NCBI GenBank assembly: GCA_039679675.1
Contig: JBDKUN010000055.1
Location: forward strand, 32,986 to 96,985
DNA: 64,000 nucleotides
Reading direction: 5' to 3'
Source of the DNA: Armatimonadota bacterium
GTDB lineage: Bacteria; Armatimonadota; UBA5829; DTLH01
The notes under the pieces were generated by a model. The model did no database searches. It saw nothing but the letters and a program-made list of their open reading frames with translations, and had not been told where the DNA came from. Of this stretch, positions 57,851-64,000 are shown piece after piece (the first letter of the stretch is position 1; each line of letters starts with the position of its first letter). A program made the position numbers and the translations under genes.

Positions 57851-59797
57851 TTAACTGTCCACTCGCTTGAAGAATGCCTCCACATTATCCAGCTTCGTCG
57901 TTCCACGGCATGACGGCAAATATCGCAGGAATTCCTTGCCGTAGAACTTCTTCACGAGCCTTGAGTCGAGGATTGCTACTATTCCCCGGTCGGACTTCGT
58001 GCGGATCAAGCGCCCGAACCCCTGCTTCAGCCTGATCTGGGCCTGCGGGATCGAATACTGCCGGAACCAGTCGCCGCCGGACTGGGTAATCGCCTCACAG
58101 CGGGCCTTGTTTATCGGGCTGTCAGGCACGGCAAACGGCAATTTGTCGATTATCACGCACGAAAGTGCCTCCCCCTTCACATCCACGCCTTCCCAGAAGC
58201 TGTGGACACCCAAAAGGCACGCTTTTTCCGTTTTTCGGAACTCTTCGAGGAGCTTTTCGTTCGACATGTCGCCCTGTTTCAGGAGTTTGTAAGGCACTTT
58301 ACCGTTCAGGTTGTCGTAGACTGCGTTCAGCATCCTGTAGGAAGTGAAAAGCAGGAACGCGCGGCCGTCGGAAAGGTTAACGAGCTCTTCAATCCGTTTT
58401 GCGACGCTCTCGACATAGCCCCATTTCTCGGAAGGGAAGTCGAGGTCCTTCGGCACATAGAGAAGCGCCTGCTTGTGGTAGTCGAACGGTGAGCCGAGGA
58501 GCATCTGCACGGCATCTTCCGGCACGCCTAGCCTCGACCGTATATAGTCGAACCCGCCGGAGTTGGCGAGCGTGGCTGAAGTGAGTATAACGCTGTCCTG
58601 CCTTCCCCAGACGGAGCCTTCGAGCGCGGCGGAGACATCGACCGGAGTCGTGTGTAGGCAGCAGGTAACGTGGCGGCCGCTGCTCGGCTTGTCGCACCAC
58701 TTGAAGTAGTTTTCATGCTCGCGGAAGAACAACCCGTTCAGGTCGTCCTTCATCCTGCCGAGCATCCGCCGGAAGCCGTCTATCCGGTATTGCAGGTCTT
58801 CGTCACCTTTTGCGTCCTGATCGGAAAGCTGTTTGTTCAGCCCATCGACCAGCGACATCAGCTCAGTCGCCGTAGTCTCGATTTTTCCGCGCTGGTTCTC
58901 GGTAAAAGCTTCATCCAGGAAATATTCGGACTTGGGGAAGTCCTGAAAGAGCGTAAAAAGCTCCTTGTTGGCGGCGTCAATTGCGTCGAGTTCCGAGTTG
59001 GTGACGGCAATGTCTCTTCGTTTTCTGATGCGGTGAAGCAGGCTTTGTATACGGTAGTTGTTGAACTCAATCCCGAAGACTTTACTTACCACATCTTCAA
59101 GGTGATGAGCTTCATCGAATATGATCGTGCCGTACTCGGGCAAAATAGCGGCTGACGGGTCGATCATGCGCAGCCCGAGGTCGCTGAAGAAGAGCGAGTG
59201 GTTGACGACTATCAGATCGGCTTCAGCCGCCCGGTTCCGCATGCCGTAGTAATGGCACTTTTTATAATAATAACACTGCTGCCTTCGGCAGGTGTCCTGG
59301 TTGGAGCATATCTCCCCCCAGTTTGGGAACGAAAAATCGAGCTCGGAGACATCCCCCGTTTTGGTCTTTTCTGCCCATTCCAGGAGTTTTTTGAAGACGG
59401 GGTCGCCGTAAAGCGTGATGTCGCCGCGTGCCTGTTCCAGTTCCCATAGGCAGAGGTAATTTGCCCGGCCCTTGACGAGCATCGCCTTGAACGGCATATC
59501 GGGCATAGCTCTCGCCATCATGGGGATGTCTTTGCTGATCAACTGTTCCTGAAGGTTGATCGTGTGCGTGGAAATGACTACGGGTTTACCCTTCAAACTG
59601 TGGATGATCGCTGGGGTGAGGTAAGCGACGGTCTTTCCAACCCCTGTGCCTGCTTCGATCAGGCAGTGCTGCCCGGACTCTATTGCTTCCGCCACTGCGT
59701 GCGCCATCTGAAGCTGCTCCGGCCTGTGCTCATACCCATCGCAGCATCGGGAGAATGAACCCCCTTCACCTATAACTTCTTCAACCCAGCTATTCAC
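57851..59797 (-). CDS. DinG/YoaA-family Fe-S DNA helicase
   Basis: EAGTGVGKT, KGRANYLC, Cys cluster, DEAH, TSATL, FWEGVD, KQGFGRLIR. Confidence 0.92.
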   Translation of the reverse strand: MNSWVEEVIGEGGSFSRCCDGYEHRPEQLQMAHAVAEAIESGQHCLIEAGTGVGKTVAYLTPAIIHSLKGKPVVISTHTINLQEQLISKDIPMMARAMPDMPFKAMLVKGRANYLCLWELEQARGDITLYGDPVFKKLLEWAEKTKTGDVSELDFSFPNWGEICSNQDTCRRQQCYYYKKCHYYGMRNRAAEADLIVVNHSLFFSDLGLRMIDPSAAILPEYGTIIFDEAHHLEDVVSKVFGIEFNNYRIQSLLHRIRKRRDIAVTNSELDAIDAANKELFTLFQDFPKSEYFLDEAFTENQRGKIETTATELMSLVDGLNKQLSDQDAKGDEDLQYRIDGFRRMLGRMKDDLNGLFFREHENYFKWCDKPSSGRHVTCCLHTTPVDVSAALEGSVWGRQDSVILTSATLANSGGFDYIRSRLGVPEDAVQMLLGSPFDYHKQALLYVPKDLDFPSEKWGYVESVAKRIEELVNLSDGRAFLLFTSYRMLNAVYDNLNGKVPYKLLKQGDMSNEKLLEEFRKTEKACLLGVHSFWEGVDVKGEALSCVIIDKLPFAVPDSPINKARCEAITQSGGDWFRQYSIPQAQIRLKQGFGRLIRTKSDRGIVAILDSRLVKKFYGKEFLRYLPSCRGTTKLDNVEAFFKRVDS

Positions 59798-59918
59798 AGG
59801 TGAATTTTAACTTAACATACACCTCTACCGCAAGGAAAAAACAGGAACAATGATGTTAATTAGCTAAGTCTTTCATATAAGATATAGTTGGTATCACTTG
59901 GTTAGGATGAAAAGAAGA

Positions 59919-61802
59919 ATGAAATCAAGGTTGTTTATTGTTGTCGCATTACTGCTCGCGTTCACGGCTGCCGTTTCGGCACAGGACAAGGTGCAGGCCG
60001 ATCCGTCTGAGAAACCCGATTCCAGGCTCGACCAGAAGGTGACATATCAGACGAAAGATCAACTTCTGTACAAAATGCTGGATGAACTTACCGAAAAGAC
60101 CGGCGTCGTTATGGACTGCGGGAAGAATAAGAAGGACTGGCAGGTGAGGGAGACTAAGGTCAACATATTCATCAAGGATATGCCGCTGAAGGACCTTCAG
60201 CAGAACCTCGCGAAGCTGTTCCACTACACCTGGGCAAAAAGCACCAAGGACGGGGTTATTTCCTACCGGCTTTACCAGACCCTGAAGTTGAAAAAAGAAG
60301 AAGATACGCTGATAGCCGAAGCAAAAGAGGCTAAAGCCAAAAAGCGTACGGAAATGCGCAAGAAGGCGCTCGATGAACTGGAAAAAGTAGCCGCACTTTC
60401 TCCTGAAGAGGCCGAGAAACTGCAGGAAAGCTCTCCGCTCCAGTATGTCTTTGCTAAAGACCCTATCGGCAAGGCAATGGTTGATATGCTGAAGGCTGTT
60501 CCCGAAGCCAAATCTGCGCTGCTTGAGGGCAGGGAGGTCTCGATACCAATATCCGGCTTGTCTCCCAATGCAAAGGCAGCGGTAACTGCGTATAGACAGG
60601 CTTACCAGAATTTTACACATCAATTCGAGACGTCGAAAACATCGGAAGATGATTCTGGGGAACTTGATAAAGACAGCCAGATCACTGTCTCTCAGCTAGA
60701 TGATAGTATGCATGATTACGGCTCATTTACGGACGCGATGCTTGGAACTGTCGATTTGGAAGGCGACGAGATGCCGCTGTTCAATTTCGATAACCCGGCA
60801 GCCAAGGTCATGGGCAAAATGATTGCAGCTATGTATGACAAAGGCACGGAGTTAAGCCAGTACGAAGAAGAGCAGATGGGGAATGAGATGATGCAGCTTG
60901 CTGCCAAGTCCCTCGAACAGCCTGACACATTCAAATCCGACCCCGACGATCCTGATCTTACAAAAGCCGCCAAGCTGGATCTTTCTAAGTGTAAAAAAGC
61001 TTCGGACCTGCTCGAAGAAGTCGCTGTAAAAACCGGACTGCAGGTCGTTTCGGATTGTTTTGGTGAAGGTAGTGTAAAATCTTCTATGATGCATTCCGCT
61101 CTTGCCAAACCGGGAGATACCGTGGGTTCTATCCTGAAATATGCCGCGGTTATCTGTAACAAGCGCGCGGTGAAAACAGACAAAGTCGTTACTTTCGAGG
61201 ATCGCGAATGGTTCGAAAAACGGGCCTGGGCAGTCCCGGATGAGTGGATGGAGCGCTGGAAGCAGCTTGCCAAGGATGGGAACCTGTCTCTCGATGATCT
61301 CGCCGATATGGTATGCTTCACTGACGAACAGTTAATGCACACTATTTGCGGTGATGAAGATCTGCTCCAGCACTCGTGGACTGTTAATGATAACAAAGAC
61401 ATCCTCCGGCTGTATGCCGTGTTGACGAGTTCTCAGAAGAAGGCGCTTCTGGCGGAGGAAGGCCTGGACCCGGCATCGCTGAACGACAAACAGTGGTCGT
61501 TCTATGCGAACCTGGCAGCGAAGAGCAAGGTCAGTCTATATGACAGCCATGGTGCGATGATCCCGATGTTCCTTACCTTGAATGACGATGAGAAAAACAA
61601 GAACTACGAGTTCAGCTTGTTTACGAAGGAGCAAAACGCGGAGAATGAGGAATTCCAGTGCCCGGTCAAGACATGGGGTATCTATCTGAAAGAACCGGAC
61701 TGGGATGAAGAGTCCATTGAGGAATCAGTTGATGGAGATAGTCCATCTGCACCTCCTACGCCGGAAGCACCGGACGGTCAACCGAGTGCTCCACAGCCGT
61801 AG
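59919..61802 (+). CDS. Secreted acidic protein with STN-like subdomains, function unknown
   Basis: Signal peptide ending VSA-Q; RLDQKVT....L..MLDEL.EKTGV and LTKAAKL.....SDLLEEVA.KTGL.VVSD; Pro-rich tail. Confidence 0.65.
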   Translation: MKSRLFIVVALLLAFTAAVSAQDKVQADPSEKPDSRLDQKVTYQTKDQLLYKMLDELTEKTGVVMDCGKNKKDWQVRETKVNIFIKDMPLKDLQQNLAKLFHYTWAKSTKDGVISYRLYQTLKLKKEEDTLIAEAKEAKAKKRTEMRKKALDELEKVAALSPEEAEKLQESSPLQYVFAKDPIGKAMVDMLKAVPEAKSALLEGREVSIPISGLSPNAKAAVTAYRQAYQNFTHQFETSKTSEDDSGELDKDSQITVSQLDDSMHDYGSFTDAMLGTVDLEGDEMPLFNFDNPAAKVMGKMIAAMYDKGTELSQYEEEQMGNEMMQLAAKSLEQPDTFKSDPDDPDLTKAAKLDLSKCKKASDLLEEVAVKTGLQVVSDCFGEGSVKSSMMHSALAKPGDTVGSILKYAAVICNKRAVKTDKVVTFEDREWFEKRAWAVPDEWMERWKQLAKDGNLSLDDLADMVCFTDEQLMHTICGDEDLLQHSWTVNDNKDILRLYAVLTSSQKKALLAEEGLDPASLNDKQWSFYANLAAKSKVSLYDSHGAMIPMFLTLNDDEKNKNYEFSLFTKEQNAENEEFQCPVKTWGIYLKEPDWDEESIEESVDGDSPSAPPTPEAPDGQPSAPQP

Positions 61803-61820
61803 GGAAAGATTTAAGAAGGT

Positions 61821-61913
61821 GATGGCTCGGGGGATCCTGCCCCGAGCCTGATTCTCCAGGGCATCCATGCCCATAACCAACCCCTAGACCGAGGCAGGAT
61901 TCCTTAGTCTATC
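61821..61913. repeat. GATRG-type REP-like inverted doublet
   Basis: GATGGCTCGGGGGATCCTGCCCCGAGCC, GGGCAT..ATGCCC, and AGACCGAGGCAGGATTCCTTAGTCTATC. Confidence 0.65.
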
Positions 61914-61926
61914 GGCGGGAATCTTC

Positions 61927-62985
61927 TTAATCCAGGCTAAAAACCTTGACTGTACTCCCCTGATCTTTTGAAAGAGCAAGCAACCTGTTAGATTGGGAGT
62001 AAGCCATCTCCTTATAATAAACGGATGAATCAGTAATCTTCCATCTATGCACCTTTTTCTGAGTCAGTATATCCCATACCTCCACCATCTTTAGTGGTTT
62101 TCCTACAAATCCAAGCACAAGATTCGTTTCAGGCGTATAAAGTGCTTTTGGAATCACTTTTATGTCATTTACAGCACGGCGTATCCTGTTCTTTGGCTGC
62201 ATTATGTTAATCAGCATATAACATGAAATAATTCTTCTGCTGGAGCCGATGAAAAAGGTATATCTGCCTATATCCTCATAGCAACTACCAACACTCTGAA
62301 CTCGTTTGCCGGTGGTAATATCCCAGATATCCAGATTTGCTTCACCAGTTTCATTTGAATAGACAGGACAGGCAATAAGTTTTCCATCTGGCGAGAAGGC
62401 AATATCGCCTATGCCCATTAGTTCGTATGGGAATATCATCACCCGCTTTTCTTTCAATGTTCGAAGATCATACAGCCTTATACAGGGCTGATGGTCGATA
62501 TAATCACCTGCCGCTGCCAATTCGCTATCTTTTGATACCGCCAATCCCCAACCTGGATCAGTCATATCCGTAGGAATGACGTGCTTTAGCTTGCCTGTAT
62601 ATCCATCCTTTATGCGGATATCTGTGCGTCCTTTTCCATCTACATCGATCTCTTCTGTGACTATGGTCTTGCCATCAGAAGTATATCTGGAATATGCTAT
62701 CTTGCCGTAAGTATTGACATAACCAAGCTGTCTGCCCGTTTTTGTGTCCCAAATGCCTAGATTAGAGTGGCTGTTATCACTAGAACAGACGAGTCTGCTG
62801 CCATCGGGAGAGAAATCCATACAGTTGATGGTTCCGTTTTGTTTGAACTCCCACAGCAGCTTGGCCTGACGAATTGGCACACTGTCCTGATTGATTTTCT
62901 TAGCCGAATTTCCAGCCAATGGAACAAGTAGAGTTGCTACAGCATAAAAAAGCACATTCCAATGGATATTTTTCAGCGTAATCAT
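61927..62985 (-). CDS. Secreted WD40 beta-propeller protein
   Basis: FSPDG twice, IWDTKTG, IWDITTG, VWDI; N-terminal hydrophobic segment; AT-rich. Confidence 0.85.
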   Translation of the reverse strand: MITLKNIHWNVLFYAVATLLVPLAGNSAKKINQDSVPIRQAKLLWEFKQNGTINCMDFSPDGSRLVCSSDNSHSNLGIWDTKTGRQLGYVNTYGKIAYSRYTSDGKTIVTEEIDVDGKGRTDIRIKDGYTGKLKHVIPTDMTDPGWGLAVSKDSELAAAGDYIDHQPCIRLYDLRTLKEKRVMIFPYELMGIGDIAFSPDGKLIACPVYSNETGEANLDIWDITTGKRVQSVGSCYEDIGRYTFFIGSSRRIISCYMLINIMQPKNRIRRAVNDIKVIPKALYTPETNLVLGFVGKPLKMVEVWDILTQKKVHRWKITDSSVYYKEMAYSQSNRLLALSKDQGSTVKVFSLD

Positions 62986-63082
62986 AAGAGACTACCTGCC
63001 TTTTCACATTTGGTATTAGTGGAAACTCAATACTGCATTGGAGTATTTCCATATGCATGGATCACTCGCAAATCTATGTGCG

Positions 63083-63135
63083 GGGCATAGATGCCCGGGG
63101 GAATCCAGACCGAGGCACAGATCCCTCGGTCTATC
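63083..63135. repeat. Second copy of the GATRG-type REP-like element
   Basis: GGGCATAGATGCCC...AGACCGAGGCACAGATCCCTCGGTCTATC. Confidence 0.65.
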
Positions 63136-63158
63136 AGAATGTCTCCATTATTACATGC

Positions 63159-63887
63159 CTATTTATTCAGCCCACGGAGTTCAATCAGTTGGAATTCTTC
63201 CTTTTTGTAACATTCTTTCTCTGTTACTAGAACAATACGCGTCTTCGCCATGAATTTCTTTGCCCACCGCATATCAGGTGGAATCTTGGACCTCAGGAGC
63301 CCTTTTGGCTCAAATACAAATATATCGGCATGTGTGCTTTTATCGCTGTACCACCCATTAGTGCCCAAAGTAGGATCCTGTCCTGCCATATAAAGCGTTT
63401 CAGCCAACGTTAATTTGGCTTCACCTTCAACATTGGGTCGAAGCTTGCTCTCAATAAATCCCTGCTTACTTGCAGACCATATAAAGTCTCTTTCTAAACG
63501 TAAATGGCCGGGAAACGCGTCACCTGCAACATGGTTGGAAGCATATCTTAAAGTCAATCTTTCCAACTGTCCACTCTTATTGAAATGATATCCTACATCA
63601 TCACCTTCATGCCATTCATCTAATATCGGCTTGAGTGTGCCAGTATCAGTATTGATCGCAATGACATAAACCCATCGCCTTGTATGACCATCACCAACTA
63701 CAACAACTGCAGTCCTGGATGTGCCATCCTGGGTCTGAAGCTTAATGGTCTTGGTGGAATATACAAGAAGAAGCCCTTCAAGTTCAATACTTGCAACTTT
63801 TTGTGAGTTTCCCCTGCTGATTATCTTCATCAGTGTAGCAGTGGCATAATTACCATCTTTCCCGTGACGGCAGACTAATTGAAAAAG
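63159..63887 (-). pseudogene. AT-rich hypothetical gene, probably 5'-truncated by IS insertion
   Basis: Frame stays open upstream of the ATG at 63830 up to the IS left end; no RBS before that ATG. Confidence 0.55.
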
Positions 63888-64000
63888 GTAAACCCCCGGC
63901 TATGCCGGGGAGACTCCCAGAGTTTGACATATACAGGAGTCGTCCATCATTCTTTTTCAGGAACCGCACAAAGTTTCTGAAAAGGAGGAAAAATGGACGA
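63888..64000 (+). mobile_element. tnpA: Left end of an IS200/IS605-family element; probable tnpA start at 63993
   Basis: GTAAACCCCCGGC-TAT-GCCGGGG subterminal hairpin, TTGACA, SD-sequestering stem-loop, AAGGAGG then ATGGACGA at the window edge. Only 8 nt of CDS visible. Confidence 0.7.

Overview
Bacterial chromosomal window, probably from an Armatimonadota genome. This is inferred from a recurring C-terminal 'GLNNxGxLVTVCGxV...YxxDG' domain, STN-only secreted proteins, a PEP-CTERM protein, TonB/ExbBD, and Firmicute-like mcsA-mcsB-clpC. Housekeeping blocks: tRNA-Leu(GAG), hom-metY-metX-metW, paaK-ACT, folP, exbB-exbD-tonB, amrA-plsY-der, ilvE-mcsA-mcsB-clpC, a DinG-family helicase, and glycoside hydrolases (GH38, GH65, GH127, DUF6067). 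These are interleaved with AT-richer accessory genes: two paralogous parallel beta-helix surface proteins, a gingipain-like C25 peptidase, an orphan adenine methyltransferase, vapBC, a WD40 protein, and the left end of an IS200-like element. Highlights: (1) a YtrA/GntR-headed array of three divergent membrane-protein genes whose DNA termini are nearly identical (41-bp repeat containing a perfect 12-bp palindrome), suggesting a swappable cassette system; (2) one ~200-aa module shared by four secreted proteins of three different architectures, a candidate lineage-specific surface anchor or sorting domain; (3) a McsB lacking its conserved active-site Cys, with no adjacent ctsR; (4) a promoter-to-terminator ~200-nt leader RNA; (5) several REP-like palindrome families. 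All calls are made by eye; no searches were run.
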